Origin: Pristiophorus japonicus
Lineage: Eukaryota
Direction of reading: 5' to 3'
NCBI RefSeq assembly: GCF_044704955.1
Contig: NC_091981.1
Location: 103,664,001-103,728,000, forward strand
DNA: 64,000 nt
Below, piece by piece: positions 13,474 through 26,357 of this stretch (the first letter of the stretch is position 1; every line of letters begins with the position of its first letter). The position numbers and the translations under genes were made by a program. The notes beneath the pieces were generated by a model, which saw only the letters and a program-made list of their open reading frames with translations, was not told the origin of the DNA and ran no database searches.

Positions 13474-14194
13474 TTATATATAATTCCATGAATGTTACTT
13501 TCTAACTAATCTAAGTATCCTATTTACTGTGTACATAGACGTGTTTTTAAAATAATTTTAAAATAACAACATTATGAAGCCTATTCATAAAGTATACAGA
13601 ATAACTAATTACATTAAGTTACTTTTCCTACCTCAAGGTAACGTCATTTTTAACATTTGATTCTTACTGAAATCCCTGGAGAATTTCAAGATAAACAAAT
13701 GTACGTGCACATTATTTAGGTATGTGAGTGCACGCATATGTGTGTGTGGATGTGCATACGTATTCATGCACGTAGGTTTATATATACATGGTTGTTTTTA
13801 TGTACGGATGGATATATAACAGGTCACGTCATTCCGCTTTCAGATACTCACAACTTCTAATCGCTTTCCCCTGTTCCACGCAGCACAGTACACTGAGGAA
13901 CAAAGTGGAAGATAATCAATTTAAATCGTGTTATTGTACATTAAAAATAAAACACTAAAATACAAATGGATTTCGAAACCCTGGGTCAAGTGGAATTAAT
14001 CTGTCCACAAATGAGTTGATGGATTCAAAATGAATATACTCCATCGACCTCAGTCCTTTTTTACAAGTGTCATTTGTGGTAGATGTTTTCATCCTATTTA
14101 CAACCTACTGTATAAATAAATCCCAGTTTATAGCAGTTATTGCGCTTTTTGGCAGCTTGGCGGCACTCTTTTTAAATTCTTCTGTGGATTAATA

Positions 14195-14208
14195 CTGCCA
14201 TCTCCTGG
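14195..14208 (-). promoter_or_regulatory. CTCF-like motif CCAGGAGATGGCAG between HoxA7 and HoxA9
   Basis: Close match to the CCASYAGRKGGCRS consensus; a CTCF boundary between Hoxa7 and Hoxa9 is known in mammals. Confidence 0.6.
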
Positions 14209-16010
14209 CTATAAAGGAAAACTGCAACGAGGAAATTGCTGTCAGAGAATTCACAGAAAACATTTTGTAAGTGCACAGAAACTAATATCTATATATTTTT
14301 GACCGTGTATTTTCTTATACATACCAAATTTATTTGCAAATAGTGTTAACCACGCTTCAAAATAACTAAAGATCTGTTATTTTTCCACTAGACGCAATAA
14401 ATTAGTAAAGAGATATTTGAGGGGCCCACGTTAGAGACGAGACTACTAAAGGTCGTTATTTCCGCAGACCCTTTTGTCTAGGCATCCAGACAAAACAAAT
14501 GGATGGCCTTCTCTGGAAAAATACTGATTGTAGCTGGACAGTTGTAAACTCATTAAAACCCGAATTCCAGACGGCTTGCCAGTGCCAGACCCTTCATTTT
14601 ATTGCAAGTCTCCCCGATTAGTCTTTGAAGTTCCATCTGCAACAACAGAGGGCGTCACAACATTATAACCCTCCAGACTGAACACGAAAAAATGATAGTT
14701 CAATTTAGCAATTGGTTTAATATTATAATAAAAACTATTTTAATAATTGTACTCCAATTCCAGTGTTTGCTGCCAGATACAGACGAATACTCCAAATGTA
14801 AGATTGTCAGTGTCGTGTTTATGTACTTCGCCCCTTAACCTCTAGCGTTTTACACCCCATAAACGCTTACAGCAGTCATTTTCTTTTATTGCGGTACACC
14901 ACTCTGAATTTTACTAACGACAGCCACTGCCAAGACTTGCAACTACTCCGGCCTCTCTGTCTAGTTTCCAAATCACTTGAATCCCACTAAATCTATCCAA
15001 ACTGTCTTCGGGGTCTTAAAAAGTTACTAGGGATCTTACAGTTGGAAAGGAAGTTGCATAAATGGCCAAGCCGTGCACAATTTTTTGTTAGCGGTAAGAC
15101 GCCTTAGACTAATTTAAGTTTCTTTGCTTCCTAAGGATCTGACTCTTTTGTGTTGCCTAGTTAAAGAAATGGCGGCAGGGTTTGGTGCCAGTGCGATTTT
15201 AAAAAAAATTACCTCTTTATATGATGAAATCCGAACAATTTTGAAGCTCTTTACACGGACAAGCAACTCAAGCTCAGTCATTTCCACTTTCAGCAGAAGT
15301 ACTGCATTATTGAATAAGAAACCCACAACAAATCATATCAATAACCAACGGCCTTGGCGCATGGCCAGGCGACAGATAGAAGTTGTTCGTGTACAGTTTT
15401 GCACGTTCTCGAGTTAATTGGTGATAACTGGGCGTTAAGCTCAAATGTATTCATAATCTTTCAGATCCGCTTCCAAGACATAGTTGTTACATCGCAGTTT
15501 ATATTTTCTTCTCTTTTTCAGAAACCCCAACCTCAGTCTAATTTTAGTTGCTCACTAAATATGGTGTCATATCAGCTAAGGTGATAACAGGCGTGCAATC
15601 CAATCTATGAGTTACGTTTTGACTATCAAAATTTGGGGGGAAATCCATTAGCTGTCGCTACATTTTGCAAAACTGTAAGTATTGATATTAACGACGAAAT
15701 GTTAAAATATTAGTAAAGATATTGGATTATTTTCAGGAAAGTGACGAACTTTATTCCGTTTATTTCATTAACTCGCTGCTGTTCGTCTGAAAATTTACGT
15801 TTTGATTCGCCTCTTTCAAATATTATATATCTCTAAAGGAATTGTAGTTTATATTTTGAAAATATTGCAGTTGATATGACGAATTTTGAAAATTCTGAAA
15901 TGATAGTGGAATAAATAAAATCTAATCATGGACAGAGTTCCATGCGAGATGTTTGCATATATTGAGATCCAGAAAGAGAAAGCATATTTTATATGTAGTG
16001 AAACATATAT

Positions 16011-16016
16011 TTTATT
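16011..16016 (-). terminator. Candidate HoxA9 polyadenylation signal AATAAA
   Basis: tttatt on the plus strand ~1.15 kb after the stop, beyond the miR-196 sites. Confidence 0.45.
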
Positions 16017-16297
16017 AGACAACAAATAAAATTACACTTCATTACAAACAGTATAGTTTGGTCAATATGACACGAGGTATTCATTTCAAACGTGTACACA
16101 AGTATAAATGTGTTAGCTCTACAGGTCTAAAGACAACCCCCATTTAAAACACATTAATGGTATACGTTATTTCTATTGCACCCAGATATTTTCCTTATAT
16201 TGTACACATTACATTTATTGACAATATTGTTTGCTTATTTATTCCATCGCATAAATGCGTCAAAACAATATTACGGGTGACATTTACACACAAAACA

Positions 16298-16913
16298 TAG
16301 GTAGTTACTAGTTATACATGTAGGTAGTTTTAAACCATATCTTATACTTTTCTTTGCACCACAACACCGATAAATACAAACTGTCTGAGAACTTCATTCG
16401 TGCTTTTATCACAACAGACAAGAGTATCGTGTAGCATTATGCTTAGCGCTGCTCTTTGAAATAAAACTTATATTAGCATTCTATGCAATTCAGTTTCATA
16501 TAATTTCTGAAGAACAACACAATCGTCATGCACCCTGGGCAAGGCCGTTGCTCAGTCTCACAAAGGCAGCATAAAGCCCGGAGTTCCTACAAGTTAATTC
16601 ACAGTGAAAATAATACAATATATGTTCCAAGTTCACCACGAAAATAACATTTCATATGCACTACGCAGCCTGTTATCTTTATATTAAACATCCTGAGTTA
16701 AATTGAGATTTTTCTTTTGTTTGTTTACACGATCTTTACTCAGACACCGCCCAAGCACAGAGGCCCAGTCACAGAGATAATCACCACAACAGACACAGAT
16801 TCAAGTATATAGGCAGCCTCGTTTGCTGCATGTAAAACAAGTAAATATTAAACTAATACAGTATTACTGAATTACTGTCCACACAGAATAGTGGTGGATT
16901 AAGAGAAGGTAGT
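16298..16913 (-). promoter_or_regulatory. Three miR-196 seed sites in the HoxA9 3' UTR
   Basis: taggtagt at 16298 and 16321 (8-mers) and aggtagt at 16907 (7-mer). Confidence 0.7.
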
Positions 16914-17164
16914 TTTCATGTAAAGTAAGGTAGATTCCGTAGCCACAGACTTAACCTTGCCGTAAATGTCTCCCTCTTTGGTTCCCGACTAATAAGAGTA
17001 TCAGTCTTTTTTTTTTCCCACGATATGTAGTCCAGAACTGGCATAGGAATATTTTGTGCTAATGGCATGACAAAATGTTCTCATAGTCTTTCTGAAGCAG
17101 GGCCTATTTCGATTGTAATTGTGAATTTAGTCCTTTCCTTTCCTCAATAATATTCTCATTCGTG

Positions 17165-17406
17165 TCACCGGTCGTCTTTAGGTCGTTCCTTGTTGATTTT
17201 TTTCATCTTCATCCTTCTATTCTGAAACCAGATTTTAACTTGCCGTTCGGTAAGGTTAAGGACCCTCGCGACCTCATATCTGCGGTCTCTTGTGAGGTAC
17301 ATATTAAACAAGAATTCCTTTTCCAGCTCCAACGTCTGATGTTTGGTGTAAGGGCAGCGTTTTTTTCTGGTAGACCTTGCATGCAGCCAGTTGGCGGAAG
17401 GGTTAT
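17165..17406 (-). CDS. HOXA9: HoxA9 exon 2 ([79 protein letters not shown])
   Basis: Translated by hand (absent from the ORF track); PG9 homeodomain; acceptor ttcag| at 17407/17406; 541+242=783 nt, 260 aa. Confidence 0.96.
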
Positions 17407-18066
17407 CTGAAAATATAAAGGAAACACATTTAATAATTTTGCCTTCTCATGTTAGTCTAATATTGTAACATTCTCGGAATGAAAACACCTTAACAGATAA
17501 ACGAGGGCGAAGGAGCACTGGATGAATTAGGCCGGTTGCTACACTTTTATGTGTGTTTGCACAGAGTATTAAACTATTATACGATTCGTCTTGTCCAATG
17601 AACAAACTCAATGAAGACTTCAAAAACGAGTTAGAAAACTGTAATATTGTGGCGCTCTGTTAATCAGATACAATAATCTAAAGCAAAATGTTGCCTGTTT
17701 GTGGTGTATATTACGTGCATTTTATTTGTTATCCATTAGTCTTATCTCCACCACATATGCTTGTATCAGATGCACTTGAATTACAGAGTCAGTAATTACT
17801 GAATATCTCCCCTTTCCCTTCTATAATGAGTTCGATATATGCACAATTTCTGTCCATATCTGTGCCTAAAATATATAGCATAAACCTAGAACAAATGTCT
17901 CAAATCCATTTTTAGCTATATAATATAAAACAATTACACAGAATTAAACAGATCTGTGGATTTTTATTTCGCTATGTAATGAAGAGAAAGGCAGGAATAT
18001 AAAATAGTTCGAATTTCTAATCCTTAGCTAGAAAAGTAATACAAAAAATGGGGTTTCCACACTTAC

Positions 18067-18607
18067 TTGGATCCATATGTAGCTTATCTGCGTTTGTCTC
18101 AAGCTCTCCATTATTTTCAGAAAAGGAAACCTCGCTCATACGTTTGTCGCCAGGAGAAGTTCCACAAGTATATTCTGAGAGAGCTAACGTGTGTGTTTCA
18201 AACGTGGTGCAGTCACTCCTACGGGCAGCTACAGGCTCAGGTTTGATGCCGTAGTGTCTACTGGAAGGTAACCCGGGGAAGGACAGGGTCCCCGGCATGG
18301 GATCGAGCCACGAACGCATGTACCTACCATCAGACGCGGCGGCAATGGGAGCCTGGTGCATGTATGGGTGATAAACAGTGGGCATATTGGCAGAGCTTTG
18401 AGCATGAACCGGGCTCCAGGAGGTACTGAACACTGTGGCTTTAGACTGGAAGTTGCACGGGGAGAAGTCGGGGTGCTCAGCTAGGGCTGCCTGCCTGGAA
18501 GACTGAGCCAATGGACCCGACGCGTATCTGGACGACAGCAGATCCTCGTTCTCGTGCATTATAAGGGAATCGACATAATAATTGCTGATAGTCCCTGATG
18601 TCGACAT
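18067..18607 (-). CDS. HOXA9: HoxA9 exon 1 (MSTSGTISNYYVDSL...HYGIKPEP...MDP)
   Basis: PG9 N-terminal motifs; ATG at 18607; donor A|GTAAGT at 18067/18066. Confidence 0.96.
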
Positions 18608-18714
18608 TCTCGGCAATGACACAGCAAGCACCTCTGAAAATATGAAAGAGCAGATTTCAATGTAACAACTTATCGCCGGGACAAGTACAGTCTGCTAATA
18701 TGGTGCAGACGCAC

Positions 18715-18830
18715 TTCCACGCCATTGGATAATTTACTCACGTGATTCAAAAACAACAATAAAATATAAATCAATCCGCAGCTTGTAACAGGGTCAATCT
18801 TTTATAGTCATAATTTTATATAGCAACTCC
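18715..18830 (-). promoter_or_regulatory. HoxA9 proximal promoter (CCAAT 18724-18728, CACGTG 18739-18744, Pbx-Hox-like TGATTTAT ~18766-18773, Cdx-like TTTAT sites)
   Basis: Motifs read directly upstream of the ATG. Confidence 0.6.
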
Positions 18831-21800
18831 ATATGTTTTTTTATGCAAAAGGATATAATCACCTCTATATATGGAAGCTGATTTCTTTGTTGCCAGCTGA
18901 GATGTGAAAAGGTATTCCGTTGCAGTTCTTTTTTTAGGGGACTATTTTATATCATAATCAATCTTCCCATCAGATGCTCGTTTTTTTTAACGAACACCTT
19001 ATAATCGTTAACCTTCACATAAAAGATTATGGAAAGAGTGAAACTATAAACTGCAGAAAAAACAACGAAGAAAGAGTTTGGACAGCTATTTATTATTCAT
19101 ACTTAGTAAAACTAAAATTAAAAGCGCATTCTTTAACAAATAAAAATCGTTAACGAAGTTTTAAAGGGTACATCTGAGAAGTGGCGTGTGTACCTGCAGT
19201 TGCTAAAGATCTTTCATTTTTAAAATGAGGCGCACATAAAACACACTGTGACAATCTCCGTTTTACAACAGTTTGAGCAATAAAACTGCATGTTAGCAAA
19301 CTATAGCCATTCCAAAAATGCTCTTTACCTACAATAAACCAGAATTAATTACAAATTCCACATTCAACGTGTTATTTTGGTTTACAGATTCAGATATACG
19401 GATAAAATGAATTTCTTCGGGAATCGAGAAGTTCCAACATCTCTCTCTTCAATTCGTGGACTTTTTGCTTCATTCACTCAGTGCCGGATTCTGTGGAAAT
19501 CGGAAAGCTTCCCCGCACATACGGCATTCGGAAACCCAATCTGTTATATGGTTAAGATACGGTCCTTTCAATAGCAAATAAAAGCAAACGATTAGATATT
19601 ATAAACAGACCTAAAACATAAGAGTCGTGTTTCAATGGAGTTAAAGAGTATAATCGGCATATTAAACATTGTATGTGCAACTAAGTGCTATGCCTCAAAA
19701 ACCTAGTAGGCCTCTATCTGCCCCTCACACAAGCTGTCGATATAAATATATGAGTGTAGCGATGAACAATTTTACTTAGTTATATTAAAATCAACAAATA
19801 GGATGTAAGTCAGAAGGCTAGTATCACTGTTTGATCCAGTTTTAAAGTAAATTAACTTGTAGTACCTTTTTTGTAAAATGAATAAAACCCCAGAAACAAT
19901 CCATAACGTCCATCAGTGATTTTTCTTGTTGCCATTTTTCTCTTAGAATAATTTATCATGCTATTTTAACATGTAATGTTTTATTATACGTGTAAGGTTC
20001 AGACGTCAGTGCGTTTGTTTATATAGATCCAGTGCAAAGGTTTCACAGACACACCGATAATGTTACAGTGTGTTATGTTTCATTGGGCTACTCTTTTAAA
20101 ACATATTTTGATGTATGCAGTATCTGAAAATCTGAAAGAGAATTGACAGTAGTCATTCTAATCAAATTAATTTTACCCCAGTTTAGAAAATGCTTGGAAC
20201 TTTAAAGATAAATTATTTGGTAGCTGGTTCACATGTAAGTTTGCAACTGTGTTATTTTAATGCCAATTTATATTTCTTTGTTGTTTTTTAATAATCTATA
20301 TATGGAGGTATTTTGTTTATTTCTGCTACAGAAAAACAAATCTTCGGTGTATCTCGACGCTAGCAACAGCGTAAAATTGCAACGCCTATCTTCAAAATTA
20401 TCATAGAATACTTGAGCTTTTGCGTGGATCAAATAACAGAAAAATACCCATTAAACAAAGACAATTATCAGATCCCACATTAGACCAACGTGCTGTCGCC
20501 GTCGTGTTGAATCGTTTGCTCCCCTCATCATCTGCTGCCTTTTCTAAGCCCGCAGTTTAAAACCTTACATTTAACTGAAATGTAACTTTCATTTTTCGGT
20601 GTTTGGGTTCTCTTTACCCGAATCTTTCTTTATAGGTCTCTGCATTCCCCATTGTTTTTTTTTTTGGGGGGGGGGGGGTTGATTCACCCTGTCGCCTGTA
20701 CGCCAGCATTGAGTATCTGGTCAGCGGAGTGTTACAGCGACACTGGCGGAGTGCTGAGGCCTAGCGCAGAATCGCGAACCATTCAAGTCCAGTGTTGAGT
20801 CTCAGCAAAAAAACGTTTTGTGTTTCCTGTGCAGATGGCTTGGAATTAGGATTCAAATGTTACTCTGAAACTACACTTCGCTTAAAAGAGCTGTTCCTTT
20901 AATTGAAATTACGGGGTTTTTTTGCCAAGAAAATATGTATAAACAAACAACCATTAAAAAGCCTGGAAGAATTTAACTACAATCTTGAAATGTGTCGCGT
21001 CTTGCTGTGATACCTAAAGATTTATAGTTTTGCACGAAATGCTTGATTTTAATTGATATAGTTGAATTAGTTAGAAATAGCATAGTGAATTCTCAATGTC
21101 AAATTAATCACTTTCCCCCCCTAAAATGATAGTTACGAATTTTGGTGACTTGCCCGGTTTACATTTTCAGTTTAGAATTTTGTTTGAATGTTCCACAGGA
21201 AGTTGGTGTGTTATTTGCAAGTTGCAGCTTTCTGGCTAGGAAATGAAACATTAAACAGAAAATAATCTTTTACGTGCGTGGATGCAATTCACCAAAGGTC
21301 TCAAAAGAAATTATTTTCATTCAAAATCGGCACAGATGATTCAGCAACATTCAGAAGTACAATAATATATCCATGCCAAATTTAAGACACATATATGGGG
21401 AGCGGCATGTATCCTGTTTTCATTGTATAGCAAGGCGAGTGCAACAAGGATAAAACGAAACTGCTTTTTGGTTGCTGTTTTGAGTTGGTCGTATTTTTTA
21501 ACTTGGGAATTATGTTTGTTACAAATAAATAACAAAATATTTTATTAATTCGTGCAACTTTTACAGCAGTTGAGCGTACCGTAAAAAGTACAGTACTCAT
21601 TCATTCACAAACCGTGTTTAATACTTTCCGGGATTCACCCAGCCAGCAGCTATTCATTGAATACACCTTGTAGCCAGAAACACTTTGCAAAAAATGTCAC
21701 AATTAAAAGTTTAGAAATATTACAATACTGGGTTAAAACTGGGTGATAAAAGTTTCAAGGCAGAAAATACCTCAGGACTGTGAAATGTTTGTCTTTCTAA

Positions 21801-24195
21801 TTCCATTATTTGGAATAAAGTATAATGCTGACGCCTTTATTTCCGTTCAGATAACATCTATGTGAAGTTGCAAAGCCAATTCGTGGGCATGCAGAATGCA
21901 GAGACGACAGCGTGTTGAAAGAGTTTTCACCGTTTGCGAGTCTAATTACCGTATATTGTATAATTTGGCAAAGATTTTAAAGATATATATATAACGTAAA
22001 ATAAGACTAACCAAATCCTCGAGACGTCTGCACAAGAGGCTTCAAGACTGACCGCGTCGATCTCGTGGCCGCACTCAAGGGCTTAGTTTCAGAAAAGTCA
22101 TGAATATAATCTCTAACAACAAGCGTTATATTGGAGTGTTGCTTGTTTACGAAAGATTGAAGCATCTTTTAGTTTATCCACACCAGTCCAAAATGTAATA
22201 CTCAATTTAAAACTGTGCAGATAGACCGCATGCTCGGCATTTTAAAAACCACCCTAAAATTTAACATTAAAAAGAGAACTACAAAACTACTGTGGCTTCA
22301 GTTTTTTTTAAGTATAAATCATATAAGGGTTGGGAGAAGATTGCGAGCAACGCGCAAATAATAACATTCGAGGTGTAAACAAAATGATTTTCAAGCTTTT
22401 TTTTACCATTACATTTATCAAAACAAGATAAGGAGGAAATGCATGCACCTCGCATAGTCGAAGCACATTTGAATTGAGACCGATTATTCTTTTAATGATT
22501 TTGCCGAAATAAAATCATTTGCGCAATTTACTCAGAAACGTAATATTTGAAGAAATATCCCCAATATTTTGCCAAAGTATTTTATGTAAAAACTCAGCAA
22601 ATTAAAGGAAAGGCCGTTAACTAAGAGGCTGTGCTGGAGTGCATTTTAAACAGGGCCTGTCTGTTAACAGAAGTGATGTTTTGAACAGCACAAACTTGAC
22701 TGCCCCTTTTTTTTGTGGATATTTAAACCACGCCGTGGATAGTTTCAGGTCGTACAATCGGTTTGAGGTAGAATCACCCTTCGATTGTGTAACAACGCAC
22801 ATTTTACGGAAGATATTCTTTTGTATTTCACTAAAGAAAAAAATCAAGATAAATGTTTCTAACTAGCGCAAAATGTCCTTCTACAACACGGTGTACATTT
22901 ATATACCTAATAAAGTTGGATGATAGAATTTAAATTGTAAATGAGGTTACCTAAATTCTATTTGAGTCAACTATTTGTAGGTTACTTACACAGGTAATTT
23001 TAAACTGATTCTATGGACATATGGAAAACTTTGAAAATGCAATCGCTATTACAAGTACATTCTCTTAATTAATCTGCTGTGATCGTTTTACCATGGGAAG
23101 GTTACCATTTATATATATATTACATGAAATTAATTTAGTTCTTGTTTCATAAGATAGCATAAAAACTATCCCGTTGCAATGCCAATGTTGTATTAATTGA
23201 TTCCTGAATTTAAATGGTTTAATTCCAATCGGACGCTCAATTTGAATAACTAGACCAACAGCATAAAGTGCTGTTTGTTTACTTGCTATGCTTAGATTAA
23301 AGCTTCTGTTTGTCTCGTCTAAACAGCCAATGTAATGGGACAAGTCTGCTTTCTGTGTTTAGTCTAGTTTCCTGCAGAGGCAGGAGCCACCGACCGAGCA
23401 GCGCTTCCACTATACTCCGCCGAGGTCGCTGTTTCCAAGACAAAACAAATTTACGTGCCCAGGCGCCATGTAATGATCATAACCGAGGCCTTGTGCCTTT
23501 CAAGTAATTTCTTTGTCTTGCACATGGTAGAATACATATGCTTAAAACGCGTATCCTAAATCACTTGGTGCAGTCCTTTTTTATTTCCGATTTTCACTCG
23601 GAATTATAAGATCAGCTGTGTGCAGAATGCATTAAAGAAATATCCTGTAAAGGCGATGTTAACATGACGATGAAATATTTATCACTAACAAAGACGAAAT
23701 CTGCAATGCATCGATTACACCGCTGTGCAGATGAAATTGCAGTCATCTGTAGTAGGATAGTGACGACCAACATCAATGTTTTCAAGTAATAATTCAACAT
23801 CACATATATACTGAGAGGAAATCTAAAATTGCTCATATTTAATTTAAACGTGAACTTGATCCTTCTTAGGAAAAATAAACAAATCTAATGTAAAACATCA
23901 CACTGATGAACTCCCAATTGACAACAACGTTAGAAAAGCATGGCTCAGTGCTAGCTTACAAAGTATAGAAGGCACTCTGTTCTTTAAAAATGATTTCACA
24001 AAGTTGTATTAATTTTGAAAAAAAATTGTCTAAGAAACATTTGCCATTTCTTTTTATAAAACATTGTTATTCCTTTCATAAAACGTGCCATTTTACTGTT
24101 GGCCATATCAAAGCAAAACCTTTTACTTTTTCGTGGTTATTGAGTAACTGCGGTTTCTTTCAAAACCAGCGACAGAACTCACTGGCGAAGACGAT

Positions 24196-24279
24196 AACTG
24201 CAGTAATTCAGACAGTTTCGTGTTGTAGAGATAGACTTGAGCCCCAACAACATGAAACTACCTAAATCACACATCAGTT
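24196..24279 (-). ncRNA. MIR196: pre-miR-196 hairpin; mature UAGGUAGUUUCAUGUUGUUGGG at 24264-24243, star arm ~24228-24208
   Basis: Exact mature miR-196 sequence, a complementary arm (ctacaacacgaaactgtctga) and a basal stem; canonical location between Hox9 and Hox10. Confidence 0.96.
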
Positions 24280-25369
24280 CTATCTCAGTTCTTTAGATTC
24301 CTATCACCGTACACACGTAGGGATAATCTAAATGCACATTCAAACAAACTTACTGAAATAGAAAAGGGCACAATCATCACGCTTCTCGTCACAACCTCAC
24401 ATGCAGTTTACCAACACCGAAAGGCGCTCCTTTAAGGTATAATATTGTGCGTCCCTGAAATCATTTCCCAAATAATTCAGCTTTTGCGTTCCAGGCCGAA
24501 TTTGTATTCAAATGAATAGATTGAATTGCAAACTCAGCGCGAGGATAATTGTTAGTTCCCCACTAAATATGGCGGGTTCTTCATTATCTCTGTGCAGGAT
24601 TTCACGCGATCTGAATGCATGTCAGTCATTCCAGTAATGATAAGCCATAGCAACTTGTCTGCACTGCAATAATCACGAGTTCAAGGTTTGTCCGAAGAAA
24701 AGAACTAGTCAGATGACATAGTCTATAGAGATGTATTTTCTTTTTCTCCTCTCCCCACAAAAAGTAGACGATACAGTAACTTTAACTTTTATTTGCTAAC
24801 AGCACTGTTTGCATTTTAAAATATACTAAAATACAAGGCTGTTAGAAATAGCCTCTTACCTATTAATTTAAAATATAGGCCAATAGGCCTTAGCATTCGT
24901 TTTTCTTACAGACCTCACCTTCATTGTAAATGCCTCCAGAGGTCTTATCTGCTGGCTTTTTTCAATTCCTCACAATCTTCTGATTTTTGCCGATTAAAAG
25001 ATCTGTAGTGTATCGTGCTCACAGAAAATCAATTTCCTACATCCGAGCGGTGCTCTGCTTCCTCTGTCTTCGTGGCTGTTCGCTCAACTGAAACCACTCG
25101 TCCAAGACAGCAACAACCCAGATATACTAGCAAGTCATAAAACTCAACAAAAGCCGACAAACGTTACAGCACCATTGCTATATAGCCCAGACAAATTACG
25201 ACCGTCTAGGTAATATTTAAATAGATTGCAACGGTAATTGCCAGTCTTTAAACCCACCATTCCTGCTGTAAACTTCCTCAACAGATAAGGTAAGAAAAAA
25301 AACCCGAACACAAATTGAAGTAAAAACAATATACATGTACCTATCTCAAAGGACTCCGACGAAATACGT

Positions 25370-25375
25370 TTTATT
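25370..25375 (-). terminator. Candidate HoxA10 polyadenylation signal AATAAA
   Basis: tttatt ~0.7 kb after the stop codon. Confidence 0.45.
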
Positions 25376-26082
25376 CATCTTTCATGAAAACACAAGTTTT
25401 TGTTAACGTACACAGTGCAGCAGCAATAGGACTGAGCATAATCTGAGTCCTGCAGTAAGAGTATTTCATCTTTTCAAACTCAAATGAATCAAGTCTATTT
25501 GTTTTCTTCTAAAAGTGAATCGACGGCAGTGAATAAAAGGTCCGACATTCTACTTTTTTTATGTTTGCAACAATGTTTCACATTTAAATGTGCTCTGGGG
25601 CTTCCGTTCATGGTATGTGATATCTTTATGTAACAACACACTTTACAGCATATTCACATTTAACTTCTATCAACATGTCAGCATACGGTAGTTGCTTATT
25701 TTGGAACTATTGTAACAGCATGGGTCATCTGTATTTAAACATTACAAAGTTTGATTTACTTAGCTGATAATTGGTAATTAGCACAATTAAAAGATTGTTG
25801 ACATGTCGTCGTCCCCCCCCCCCCTCCACAGTTGTTTTGAAAAATCATCAAACATGGCGATAATGTCTGTGCATGCCTTGCTTATCAATGGCAACACTTA
25901 TTATTATAGTTACAGAAACAGACTATCGCCATGAATAAAAACAAAACACGTAAATCGTAAATATCTACAACCAGCACGGGGCTGAGAAGTCAGAGGTAAG
26001 TGGAAAAGTTTTTAGTCTTTTAGTAACACTAGCACAACTTCCCGATGTCCCGTTAAAATCGGTAAACCAGTGTTTGTGTTTA

Positions 26083-26357
26083 TCATGTAAAGCTGAAGTT
26101 AGCTGTGAGCTCCCGAATCCTGTTCTCACGATTCATTTTCTTCAGTTTCATCCTGCGATTTTGAAACCAGATTTTGACCTGTCTGTCAGTCAGGTGGACA
26201 CTGCGGCTAATCTCTAGGCGACGCTCTCGAGTCAGGTACATGTTGAAGAGAAACTCTTTCTCCAACTCCAGGGTCTGATGTTTGGTGTAAGGGCATCGTT
26301 TTTTTCTGCCACTCTTTGCAGTCAGCCAGTTGGCCCCGTTTTCAGCTTTAACTTCCC
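26083..26357 (-). CDS. HOXA10: HoxA10 exon 2 ([90 protein letters not shown])
   Basis: HoxA10-type homeodomain (ISRSVHL); acceptor ctag| at 26358/26357 after a long pyrimidine tract; 760+275=1035 nt, 344 aa. Confidence 0.96.
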
